64,000 bases of DNA from Ginglymostoma cirratum. Taxonomy: Eukaryota. Location of the stretch: contig JAHRHZ010000166.1 of the NCBI GenBank assembly GCA_024137785.1, positions 1,064,736-1,128,735 on the forward strand. Direction: 5' to 3'. Below, one piece after another: positions 1-11,079 of this stretch. Made by a program: the position numbers and the translations under genes. The first letter of the stretch is position 1, and every line of letters begins with the position of its first letter. A model generated the notes under the pieces. That model saw only the letters and a list, made by a program, of their open reading frames with translations. It made no database searches and was not told the origin of the DNA.

Positions 1-275
1 GCCCCCTTGAGCTGTCCGTCCTCCCTGGACTGACCTATCTCCTCCCTACCCCCCTACCTACACTCACCTTTACTGTCTCCATCCCCGCCTCTTCGACTTG
101 TCTGCCTCCTCTCCACCTATCCTCTCCTCTCTCCCTCCTCTATCCACCTCCCCCTCTCTCCCTGTTTATTTCAGAACCCTCTTCCCCTCCCCCATTTCTG
201 ATGAAGGGTTTAGGCCCGAAACGTCAAGTTTTCCTGCTCCTATGATGCTGCTTGACCTGCTGTGTTCATCCAATT
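1..275 (+). mobile_element. Penelope-like element 3' end / terminal repeat (family A)
   Basis: Pyrimidine-rich tract then TTTCTGATGAAGGGTTTAGGCCCGAAACGTCAAG...; the same repeat terminates the RT/GIY-YIG elements at 45.7 kb and 60.3 kb. Confidence 0.8.
195..228 (+). ncRNA. Minimal hammerhead ribozyme motif (family A)
   Basis: CTGATGA (198-204), stem II GGG...CCC, GAAAC-GTC (218-225) with palindromic ACGT in place of helix III. Confidence 0.7.
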
Positions 276-1118
276 CACGAGAGGAGATGACTTTGATTAA
301 GAGAATGATGTTTGCAGTGGAAGAAGTGTATGACAGAATTTGGTACGATTGTCACAGTTAAAGATTATGGCAAAAGTGAGGATAGTTGTAACTGCTGGTG
401 TTACTTAACTGCATAGATATTTTCCAAGGAGTGGGGATGCGTTGCAAATATTTGCAGACAATTTCTGTCATGAACTTGAAAGGGATGGTGAGAATGTTTT
501 AAACAAAAAATCAAGCTATCTCAAGAACGGGAACCAATTTGGATTTCTAAGCACAGTGTGTCATGGCTGAACAAACCCTCTTGCAAAGAATGACAAAAGC
601 TCTGGAGTTTTGCATCAGCTGGAGTTTATTGAGGATGGATAATGGGCAATTGCAAATGGGGGCATTGGAACAATTAAGTTGAAATTTAACCTTTAGGCAT
701 GGTTTACTCCTGCCCTTCATGGAAATATGTGCACATTTCGTAGCTGATCTGGACTACATCTTTTTTCCATTCACACGAAAATGTAGATCACTCTTTGCAA
801 TCCTCCATACTTGTTGCCAAAAAAAAATGAAACAGCTACAAATGACAATAAAGAAGTTGGATAGACTGTTCTGCTTTGATTGTGATAGCCGAAATGACAA
901 TGAAATGACTATATTTGCTGCTACTGCAAATTCCTGGCTAAAATCTTGGAGCTTGTGCCAACATGTGGGAGATATTTCCTATACTGTTCTCAAGGAACAG
1001 CCAGTGCTCTTCGTACTCAGAGAATCATGCTCGTACGTACAATTAAGAATTATTGTCACCTCAATCCCTTGTTATATCTTTTCACAGCAACAGAACAAAT
1101 ACACCAGTAATGGAAACT

Positions 1119-1217
1119 GAGATAACAAGGTGTAGAGCTGGATGAACACAGCAGGCCCAGCAGCATCAGAGGAGCAGGAAGGCTGACATTTTGGGCCTAG
1201 ACCCTTCTTCAGAAAAA
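1119..1217 (-). mobile_element. Solo family-A Penelope terminal repeat
   Basis: GAGATAACAAGGTGTAGAGCTGGATGAACACAGCAGG...CCCTTCTTCAGAAA, with a degenerate hammerhead core. Confidence 0.8.
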
Positions 1218-1339
1218 TCGAAGTAATGGAAGCTCCCGGCTTTACAGTCTGTACGAGTTGTCCTGAGAGTCACCTCATTTATTCTTCCTTCATCCGCTTT
1301 GTGAGACGTGGACAACACTGTTGCTCTAGCACGTATTGC

Positions 1340-2300
1340 ACATCCCTGGTTGCCTTTTTGACGGAAGTGGTGAGCTGCCTTGTTGAATTCCGGCAGTCTA
1401 TGTGTGAGGTAGACACACAATGCCATTTCGAGAGTGAGTTCCGGATTTTGACAAATTGATACTGAAGGTTCGACGATATATTTCCAAGTCAGGATGGGCG
1501 GTTTGGAGGCAAGTTGCAGTTGGACGTGTTCCCATATTATGCTTCCTTTGTCCTTTTCGATGTAAGTGGTCGCGGTTTTGAAAAGCGCTTTCTCAGGATG
1601 GTTTCCGAAAACATGTTGTGCATTTTGTCGATATTACACCCTGCTGTTATTAAGCGTAGGCGGTGGAGAAACTGGTTTTGTGGATGTTGTGCCAATCAAG
1701 AGTCCTGCTTTGTTCTGGATAATGTCAAGCTTCTTGTCTGTTGTTAGAAATCAATCCCCCAGACAAGTGGTGAGTATTCCATCACACTCCTGGCCTGTGA
1801 GTTGTAGATAATGGGCAGGCTTCGGGCAGTCAGGAGGTCAGTTGCTCAATGTAGTATTTCTAACGGTAGTTAGATTGTCTCTAGTTGGATATAGTCATCG
1901 CCTGGATTTGTGTGGCATGAATGTTCTTTGTCACAAGTCAGCCCAAGCCAGGATATTGTCCAGGTCTTGTTATATTTGAACATGGACTACTTCCATATCT
2001 GATGAGTGCGAATGTTGCTGAGCATTGGTCCACATCTCCACTTTAATGGAGGGAAGATCATTAATGTGGTAACTGAAGATCGTTGAGACTAGGATGTTAT
2101 CCTTAGCAAATGCTGCAGAAATGTCTTAGAGCTGAGACGAATGTTTACCGGTAACCACAACCAGCTTTCTATGTGCCATGTATGACTTCAAGCATGGAAA
2201 GGTTATCCCCAATGCCCAGTGATTCTGGTTTTGCGAGAGCTCATTGATGCCTCACTCGGCCAAATGTTACCTTGATTTCAAGGGCTGTTATTCGCGTCTC
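1340..2300 (-). mobile_element. Degenerate CR1/L2-clade LINE 3' portion (family 2)
   Basis: Reverse-complement similarity to the 12905-13875 copy and direct similarity to 63545-64000. Confidence 0.65.
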
Positions 2301-3296
2301 ATTCAGACCAGTGATGTATCATGGAATTGTTTTTACTTGGAGATGTAATCATGTTCTGTCATCATCTCCTGATATGCCCACGATCAGTCTGTCCCCAAGT
2401 GTAAACTATCGAATAATTACTTCTCAACAGTGAGCAGCAATTGCAAAAAAAAAACGAAAATTGTGCAATGACACAGATGGCACTGTGGGTGGACAGCAAA
2501 ACGTTGTACGCTGATTCAATGCATATTGTGGAACAGAATTCTGGGAGGAGGACAAGCACTTTATGAATGAAATTTAAACTTCATTAAACGAAACAACGAG
2601 GTAGGAACTGAGGTAGAGGTAGATCCTCCCACCTCTCGAACTTGCTGGGTTGTTCTTAGTTACTGGTTAACATTGATCTCAAAGCCGTATTTGTACAGAA
2701 CTGCTGTATTCCAAAGATGAAAAGATCTCATTGGTTATTATCATAATATCAGTAAACATAAATCTGCTATTTCTTTTCTTGAACTTACGTAATGACTAAA
2801 CTTCTGCAGCCCTTTAGGATACAATATTCTGAACTCGTACTCCCTTTTAAGTTAATTAGACCCTTCTCATATCAGTCGTAAATGCAGTTTATTCTGTTAA
2901 AATCTGCGCTGGCTCCAGATCCAATATGCTGGTGAGACATACTTCCTGCAACTACTCTGTCAATTCTTTTAGAAAATGTTTACTTTTCTCTGAGATTGAC
3001 TCTGATTCCTGCAACTTTTAGAGGATACTATTTCCGCGTTAGTACGTTTTAACTTCTGCTGAACCCCACTTTTGACAAAGACATATTTCTTTATAAAAGA
3101 AATGTGAAATTCATGCAATAGTCCAGGCAATGCCTCAAGAGCATTATTTACAAATGCTACAAAACCTACTGTTCTTTTAAACAAAATATGATATGAAAAT
3201 GGCTAATTAATTGTCTGCCTTCTAAACTGATCGCTACACCTGCATTCTCGTTTTCAACGACTTATTACACAAACACTTATCACTATTTAGACAGCA

Positions 3297-3955
3297 ACAT
3301 AGAACATAGAACATTACAGCACAGTACAGGCCCTTAGGCCCTCGATGTTGCGCCGACCTGTGAAACCAATCTGAAGCCCATCTAACCTACACTATTCCAT
3401 TATCATCCATATGTTTATCCAACGACCATTTAAATGCCCTTAAAGTTGGCGAGTCTACAACTGCTGCAGGCAAAGCATTCCACACCCTTACTACTCTCTG
3501 AGTAAAGAACCTACCTCTGACATCTGTCCAATATCTATCACCCCTCAAATTAAAGCTGTGTCCCCTCGTGCTAGCCATCACCATCCGAGGGAAAAGGCAC
3601 TCACTGTCCACCCTATCTAATCCTCTGATCATCTTGTATGTCTCTCTTCAGTCACCTCTTAACCTTCTTCTCTCTAACGAAAACAGCCTCAAGTCCCTCA
3701 GCCTTTCCTCATATGACCTTCCCTCCATACCAGATAACATCCTGGTAAATCTTCCCTGCACCCTTTCCAATGCTTCCACATCCGTCCTATAATGTGATGA
3801 CCAGAACTGTACGCAATACTCCAAGTGCAGCCGCACCAGAGTTTTGTACAGCTGCAACATGACCTCATGGCTCAGATACTCAATCCCTCTACCAATAAAA
3901 CCTAACACACCATATGCCTTCTTAAAAACCCTATCAACCTGGGTGGCAACACCTA
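3297..3955 (-). mobile_element. CR1 LINE 3' end
   Basis: Minus-strand ORFs LYKTLVRLHLEYCVQFWS / FFTQRVVRVWNALP; (CATAGAA)n tail at 3297-3313; near-identical to the 3' end of the 54-58 kb CR1. Confidence 0.92.
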
Positions 3956-4107
3956 CAAATCTCCCTGCATTTGATAATTACTCGGTATCTTTGCAAATAC
4001 TTCTTTGTTAAAGCAAAGAAAAATCATTTCACATGTATCCCCGGTTTTATTGACCATGCTCTTTTCAAGGCACTCAGCCTGTCTAATACACATTGAAGCT
4101 CTTTTCT

Positions 4108-4204
4108 AAGTTCTGAGGAAGGTTCACCGGACCCGAAACGTTAACTCTGTTTTCTCCTCCACAGATGCTGCCAGACCTGCTGAGTTTTTCCAGCGCCTTT
4201 GTTT
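4108..4204 (+). mobile_element. Family-B hammerhead mini-element with 15-bp TSD
   Basis: TTGAAGCTCTTTTCT (4093-4107) / TTGAAGCTATTTTCT (4205-4219) flank AGTTCTGAGGAAGG...ACCCGAAACGTTAACT...CACAGATGCTGCCAGACCTGCTGAG. Confidence 0.8.
4109..4146 (+). ncRNA. Minimal hammerhead ribozyme motif (family B)
   Basis: Stem I AGTT/AACT, CTGAGGA (4113-4119), stem II GGTTC-ACCG-GACCC, GAAAC-GTT. Confidence 0.65.
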
Positions 4205-4430
4205 TTGAAGCTATTTTCTTCCTTGTGACAAACAACATTTCCAATAATTAATGCATCAGCTGCAAGCTTGGTAATTTATGAACTATGATCCCCCGCATCC
4301 AGTCATTGTTTCAGAGTGTAAAAAGCTACGGCTGAAGAACTGGCACCTGTAAGACAAGCTTGCTTCACTCCCACACTGTGGATGCAACAAGCCACCAATA
4401 GAGCAAAGCAATAAGATAATAAACAGAGAT

Positions 4431-4611
4431 AATAGGTACTGCAGATGCTGGAGAATCCGAGATAACAAGGTGTGGAGCTGGATGAACACAGCAGGCCAAA
4501 CAGCATCATAGGAGCAGGAAAGCTAGACCTAGGCCTGAAACGTCAAGCTTTCCTGCTCCTATGATGCTGCTTGGCCTGCTGTGTTCATCCAGCTCTACAC
4601 CTTGTTATCTC
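4431..4611. mobile_element. Fold-back family-A mini-element
   Basis: ~66-bp inverted arms (GAGATAACAAGG...GGAAAGCT / AGCTTTCC...CCTTGTTATCTC) around a truncated hammerhead; flanked by AGATAATAAACAGAGAT / AGATAGCAAACAGAGAT. Confidence 0.85.
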
Positions 4612-5754
4612 AGATAGCAAACAGAGATGTCCCACTGTACCTAGCCATAACTAGAAAAGTAGAAGTAAATGATTTGGTGGAGCAGGAGTGATAAAATGTG
4701 GTCACCCATGTTGACGCATGCAAATCAATATTACTTATAGTAAAACACTGGAATAACTTTCGAACCTTGAGAATTTCAACTTCATCGACCTAATTCACTT
4801 CTCAGCAATATAAAGTATGCATTTCATTCTTCGATCACTCAAGTACTACTGCTCAGCATAAACCTCCATACTTACACTCAGTTTCGGTTCCACCCAGGGC
4901 CATTCAATACCTGATCTCAGTATAGTTATGGTCCAAACATAATAAAATTCAGGTTTAACTAGAATGTGATTGCTTTTCATGCGAAGGGAACATTTTAACG
5001 GCGTATGGCATCATGGAACCACAGCAAAGTAGCACCTGAAACTTACTGTCTCCACTGGTTAGAATTATGCCTTGCGTAAAATAAATCATTCTGGTTGTTC
5101 GGGGTCCAAATGATTTTTAATAATTAGGAATGAAGTTCGATTCCTCGAGACTTCTTTGCCATTCAATATAGCCATGGATAGTCTGAAACTCCTCACTTCC
5201 ATGTTCCTGTTCTTTTCCTGTAATCCTTGATTCTTCTACTGATTAAAAATACATCCTCTCACAGAAGTCTGAGCCAAGAAGTTCCTAAGACTCACACCCT
5301 CTTAAAGAAGAAATAGCTCCCTACCGCAGTTTTAAGTTGGCGACAATTTATTCTGGGAGCATACCTTCTGGTTCGCGACTCCGACATTTACTTTCTCACA
5401 ATTTAATAATATTCTCTTCTTTCTATTTACATCCATCCGTGTTCAGTACAAATGCTATTAAGATTTAAGTACTCTGTCATTTATTTTCGAGAAAACATAA
5501 TTTTGCTGTTCTCAAGGGTTGAGAATGAAAGTTGTACATGATAACATCAGCCGATACTGGAATTGAACCCACACTTTGGTATCACCCGACATTACAACCA
5601 CATACTCTGGCGATCTTGGCAAATCGATCCCAGGTCCTTATCCACTTATAAAGCCATATTTGCAGACAGCAATCTTTGTCATTAGTTCAACGTTTCCTTT
5701 TTTTTTAATCGAAAAAAAGTCCATTGAAAAATCTGGAAACAATGTTGATTTTGT

Positions 5755-5890
5755 CTTTAAAGAAGGACCTCTCGACTCGAAATGCTATCTCTGATCTGTC
5801 TCCACAGATGCTGCCCGTCATACTGAACTTATCCAGCTATTTCTGTTTTTTTTTTCTGTCTGATTTACATCATCTGCAGTTCTTTGTTAC
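5755..5890 (+). mobile_element. Degenerate family-B element
   Basis: ...CTCGAAATGCTATCTCTG...CCACAGATGCTGCC...CATCTGCAGTTCTTTGTT similar to 4108-4204. Confidence 0.6.
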
Positions 5891-7039
5891 TTTCCACCCT
5901 ACTCTGACAAAAGTGCTAACAATTTCATATTTATCTCTCCAAGATTTCTGTATATCTTGGTATTCATAACTGATATTTTATCTTGCTTCCCTTAACTATT
6001 TTTAAGTTAGTTCAAAGTATTTTTAAAGTTGCAATGAGGCCATGCAAAGAGCTCAGTCCTGGCTCAAAGTTATCTACAGCCATAGGAACTTTTCATGTCT
6101 AATTTATTCCAGGTGCAATGTTCTAAGAACTTAAACCCTTCACTCATGAACTATTATTCCAGTCATGCATTCTTCTGCTATGTCTCATTAATTTTCTAGC
6201 TGAAGTATTTCATCCCTCATCTTGGATATGCCTGATATAACTTGAGATACGAAGTGTCCTTTGATATAAACATGAAACCTCCATGAAGATCTCAGTTTCA
6301 TGGCTATGCCGTAGTAACGCCAGCTGCCATTTAGTTGTGATACTGACATCTCAAGTAAAAGGTTAGACTTACAACACAGTTCGTTCCACAGTTCATGGGA
6401 AGCATCTTGGTGATTGTTACCTCAAAAGCTCTGGATGAAGCATTTAAAAATTGCTCACCTTCTTCAATTGTTAATTAGTAACTTAGTTGCTTTTAATAAA
6501 CCTTATAAGTATTAAGACATTTGCCTATAATGGTCGATCAGATCGCTAGTAAGAAAAAGTTCCTAAAATCTATGACACTGACTAAAACTGACTCAACCTT
6601 ATTGATAATGATTAACTTTCATAATCAATAATCACAATCTATTCAGTCTACCTTGAAATGCAGGTAAGAAAAAAAAGGAAAAAAAAAATTGCTTGCTTTT
6701 CTTCCTGAATGGGGCTTCATTATTCACTGATTGGAGAAGTTATTTCCTCTCTAATGGAGGTTTCACAGCTTTGTTGTGTTCCTCTCTCAGCCAAGATCTT
6801 CAGTGTCTCTCAACAGATACCGTTTTGGGAGGCAGACACAAATATCAATTCAATGGATACCTCTTTTCTTTTTGTCAAAGACTCCGCAGTAAATTCTAAA
6901 GAACTTAATTCTATCAACCTCAGACTTGAGTGCTCCCAAACTCCATGAATTTGCATTGATACAGACAGAATATTTCAAACAGTCCTAAAAGTCTGCGCGA
7001 GGACTTGTACCCTCATTTCACTCTTAAATAGCTAATTCC

Positions 7040-8065
7040 TGTTGAGGTTGTTGAGGTTGATTGGCTCACCGAGCTGGGTTCTTGTTTTGCAAACTTTTCG
7101 CTACAATGCTTGGTAACCTCCTCAGTGTAACATCTGATAAATCGTCGATATGTTTTCCCACCTGATTTTTAAACTCTGGGGTCCGTTGAGATGGGCTGCC
7201 TCACTTCTTTTTTTCCTGCGTAGTGGAATATATATGCGGTTGAGTTCTATGTGCTTGTGAATAGCATGCTTCGTGGAGTGCCATGCTTTTAGGAATTCTT
7301 ATGCCTGTCTCTGCCTAGCTTGCCCCAGGATCTTGGTGTTGTCCCAGTCGAAGTGATGGTTCTCCTTGTCGCTGTGGATTGAGACGAGTGCGTATTGGTC
7401 GTGCCTTTTTGTAGCCAGTTGGTGTTCATGTACCCTTGTTGTTAGTTTCCTTCCTTTGTCCTGTCCATGGCGGGGAGTGGGTCCTTACTTCGGGTGAGCA
7501 GTTGTCGTAGGGTTGACTAAGGTCGAACTAAGGACCCACTCCCCACCATGGACAGGACCAATGTCATCTCCAAGATCCCTTGCAGAGACTACAAGAAACA
7601 CTACATCGGACAAACAGGAAGGAAACTAACAACAAGAGTACACGAACACCAACTGGCGACAAAAAGCATGAACAATACGCACTCATCTCAATCCACATGG
7701 ACAAGGAGAGCCATGACTTCGACTGGGACAAAACCAAGATCCTGGGACAGGCTAGGCAGAGACAGGCACAAGAATTCTGAGACGCATGGCACCCCATGAA
7801 GCATGCAATTAATATATACATAGAACTCAACCCCATATACATTCCACTATGAAGGAAAACCAGAAGTGAGGCAATCCATCTCAACGGACACCAGAGTTTA
7901 TAAACCAGGCAGGAAAACACGTCAATGCTTCATCGGAGGTTGCACTGAGGAGGTTACCAAGCATGGTAACGAAACGTTTGCGAAACAAGAAAACAGCTCG
8001 GCGAGGGAACCAACTTCAACAACTTCAACACCCACAACCCGAGCGACAAATCTACTCCAAAACCT
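7040..8065. mobile_element. Head-to-head inverted pair of Penelope 3' ends (GIY-YIG + terminal repeat, family C)
   Basis: Plus arm 7524-8065 encodes NVISKIPCRDYKKHYIGQTGRKLTTRVHEH (GIY-YIG); 7040-7492 is its reverse complement; TAGCTAATTCC (7029-7039) / TAGTTAATTCC (8066-8076) flank the whole. Confidence 0.88.
7942..7982 (+). ncRNA. Minimal hammerhead ribozyme motif (family C)
   Basis: GCA-CTGAGGA-G-GTTACC-AAGCAT-GGTAAC-GAAAC-GTT-TGC: perfect 6-bp stem II, stem I GCA/TGC. Confidence 0.7.
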
Positions 8066-8156
8066 TAGTTAATTCCAATTGCTGTATATTTTTAAATTGC
8101 TATTATCCATTCATAAATTGTCAGCTGCTTCGTATCCAGGATAAGGTACTTGCAAT

Positions 8157-8390
8157 TAAAAACCAGAAGAACTGTGGATGCTGTAAATCAGAAACTAAAA
8201 CAGTAGTTGTTGGGAAAAAAAGAAGCTCAGCAGGCCTGGCATCATCTGTGAAGAGAAATCAGAGATAACGTTTTGGGGTGTGGTTCTGGAGAATGGTCAC
8301 TGGACACGAAACATTAATTTTAAGTTTTCTTCACAGATGCTGCCAGACCTGCTGAACCTTTCCAGCAACTTGTTTTCTTTTTTTTTTCTG
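8157..8390. mobile_element. Fold-back family-B element
   Basis: CTCAGCAGGCCTGGCATCATCTGTGAAGAGAAA followed by the inverted TTTTCTTCACAGATGCTGCCAGACCTGCTGA. Confidence 0.75.
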
Positions 8391-8539
8391 TTTGTGAAAG
8401 TATTTGAATGCTGCTTTTTGGAATGTTTGGAAACATATAATGTAGTTAAAATACACAGTGCAGTGACCAAGGCATTTGCAGGTTATTTTATTTCCTAGTG
8501 ACACTACTGCCATAAAGGTCCAACTCAATTTAGAGATAG

Positions 8540-9120
8540 ACTTGTGACGGGGTGTGGCGCTGGTGTAATGAAAGTATATTTTGTCTTTGCCCTTTAAGTT
8601 CTCAGAAGTCACTGGTTTGGAGGTGCTATTGAAGGTTCAATGTTGTTAAAATAGTTCACTGCCTTTTGCAGGTCATGCAGAACTGCCATGGTGCGTTGTC
8701 ATTGATATGAGTAAATTTCGAAGTCAGTAAATGTGGTGTCAATCTATCAGATTGTTTTCTCCTGAACTTCTTGAGTGATGGTGGGCTTGCACAATTCCAG
8801 ACAAGAGGAGAAGATTCCACAATCCTCATGAAGTGTAGATGATGGCCAGGAGTTGAGGAGTCAGGAGGTGAGTTACTCGTTGGCGTATTCCCTACTCTTC
8901 GCATGCTCTTGTAAACCGAGCTTTTATTTGTTTGAATCAGTTCCGTTTCTGCTCAATGATAACACCCAGGATGTTGATGCTGCTCATCTAAAACTGGGGA
9001 AAAAACAAAAATTGGATCATAATGGACGAGTATTGGATTATCTCTTGTTCAAAATGGCTATTGCCTGGCAGTTTCTATTGTGAACGTTACTTTCCAGTTT
9101 TTATTCCATGTCTGAACATT
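8540..9120 (-). mobile_element. Degenerate LINE (family 2) fragment
   Basis: Similar to 1340-2300 (GGAGTCAGGAGGTGAGTTACTC, CCCAGGATGTTGAT). Confidence 0.6.
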
Positions 9121-9663
9121 GATTAGGTATGTCTATTTGGGCATTCGATAATCTTGCAGAAATTTGCTTTTATACAGGATTCATGGGACCGTTAGTGGCT
9201 TTTATAATGTTTCCCTGCTTTTTGTACACAAGAATAGATTGGTACATTTCTACTTTGCTGGGTATTGATACTGTTGTAACTTCAAGAGAACACATTGGAT
9301 ATTTCACTATGTCCAAGGCTCTTCAGCTAGGTGCAAGCAATCATAAACTTCAGGGATCAAAATAAATTTTTGAGTCATGGTAATTTCTCATTGTTCACTG
9401 CAGAAGTCTTTATTACAGGTCTTTGATCGTTTGTTGATATATAAGCAATGACTATTCATTGTGGACTAGCAAAAATTAAAACTTTAATGATTGCAAGAAA
9501 AAAAAATCGGTCTATCTCTGTTTAACTACCAGTCGTGCTGCAGATTTGGACATTGTTAGTTTCAAAAGGACAGTGTTTGAACGGTTGTTTTTTTTCGATG
9601 TACTACTCTCTATTACCTGCCATCGTTGTTCTGCTTTCATACAGGAGCACTCATACTTACAGA

Positions 9664-9820
9664 GATAGTAGGAACTGCCGATGCTAGAGAATCTGAGATA
9701 ACAAGGTGTAGAGCTGGACGAACACAGCAAGAAAAAGAAAGGTGCAGACCCGAAGCGTCAGCTTTCCTGCTCTCTGATGCTGTTTGGCCTGCTGTGTTCA
9801 TCGAGCTCTACACCTTGTTA
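9664..9820. mobile_element. Fold-back family-A mini-element with 15-bp TSD
   Basis: ACTCATACTTACAGA (9649-9663) / ACTCATACATACAGA (9821-9835); inverted TAACAAGGTGTAGAGCT arms. Confidence 0.8.
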
Positions 9821-9886
9821 ACTCATACATACAGACATGTTTAAATCATGTAATTCCGTGCTCCATATAACTGTTTCTATTTGATT

Positions 9887-10092
9887 AGTTTTTCCACATA
9901 TCTAGCAGCATTCGGGAAGAAAAAATAAAGTCAGAGTTAACGTTTTGAGTCTGGTGACTCTTCCTCAGGCCTGGTCCGAAGCGTTGACTCTGATTTTGTT
10001 TTTCTCGAAAGAAGTTGCTGAACGTGATAAGCTTTTCCAGCAACTTATGTTTTTGTTCCTGATTTACAGGGACCGCAGTTCTTTTGCTTTTC
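9887..10092. mobile_element. Fold-back family-B element
   Basis: GTCAGAGTTAACGTTTTGAGTC versus the inverted CCGAAGCGTTGACTCTGA, then TTTTCCAGCAACTT... Confidence 0.65.
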
Positions 10093-11079
10093 ATTTTGAA
10101 TAGATGTTATGGTTGGTTCAATAATAGCTTTTGCAGTTTGTCTTTTACTGCATATGTATTCCGTTGGGAGCCATTCCAGTAATCAGCCTATAGCCTTATC
10201 AACTCCTTTTGTGCTATTTCATAATTCCAGAGAGCTCAGGGTGCTACTTTAGGACAGCTGGTTGCATGAAATTATAGTAGATTATCAGAACGAATTTTAA
10301 CTAAACTGAGAAATCTTTCTTCCATGAACAACAAATACCATTTGCACATTGTTAAAGCGAATAATATATGCACTCCTTATATTTCCATTGAAGAACATAT
10401 TTTTTGAATAACCAAGCTCTTTGGCATCTGATCATCATACACCACTTAAAAACTTTCTTTTCTTGCTATTGTTAAAACATAATGTGCTGATTGGAAGCTA
10501 TTTCAATTCAGTTTTCATAGGAGACATAAGAGTAAAGACTGAACATTAAAAATACTTGCTCGCAAAGATATTCCTTTTCTTTAGTTTACTTTCTTGACTT
10601 AGTCTTGGTGTCCGGATGTGCATCACCTGCCCCTTATACATAAATTGTATGAAACGGCTTCAGTTCACTACTTTGCCCCAGAAAGTGTGGTGATCGGGAA
10701 TATTAATGAAGCTGGGCTGACTTTCTCATACTAACCTGGAGTAATACAAGAATGTTTAGAAGTAGACAACAGAGCTGACCTTACTGCACAATCTCAACAG
10801 AACTGCGCTGAATTCTACACAACGAAGAGGAGTTGAACTACTTTGGTATTTATTATTTTCTGTAACATTCGTTTACTTTAATTATAGACATTGCGCATTC
10901 TTGGTTCCTTTGATCTGATATTTTATAAGTTATTTATTATGCATTATTTGATCTGAATACTATGTTCTCTTTAAGAGTTGATTTTTAATATTAATTTCTG
11001 CTTCTATTATATAGCTTTCACAATGTTCCAGTTATTTTAGAAACTCACAGACTATTCAGCCTATTTAATACACAAAGTA

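Noticed and set aside
719-1120. 133-aa ORF
   Set aside because: No recognisable domain or supporting exon structure; ends at a repeat.
4431-4611. miRNA hairpin or DNA-transposon MITE
   Set aside because: Arms match the terminal repeats of RT/GIY-YIG-coding Penelope copies, and TSD length varies.
9180-9420. Possible minus-strand C domain (…IYSCV…)
   Set aside because: Only a YxC match; no first Cys/Trp in a consistent frame and several stops.
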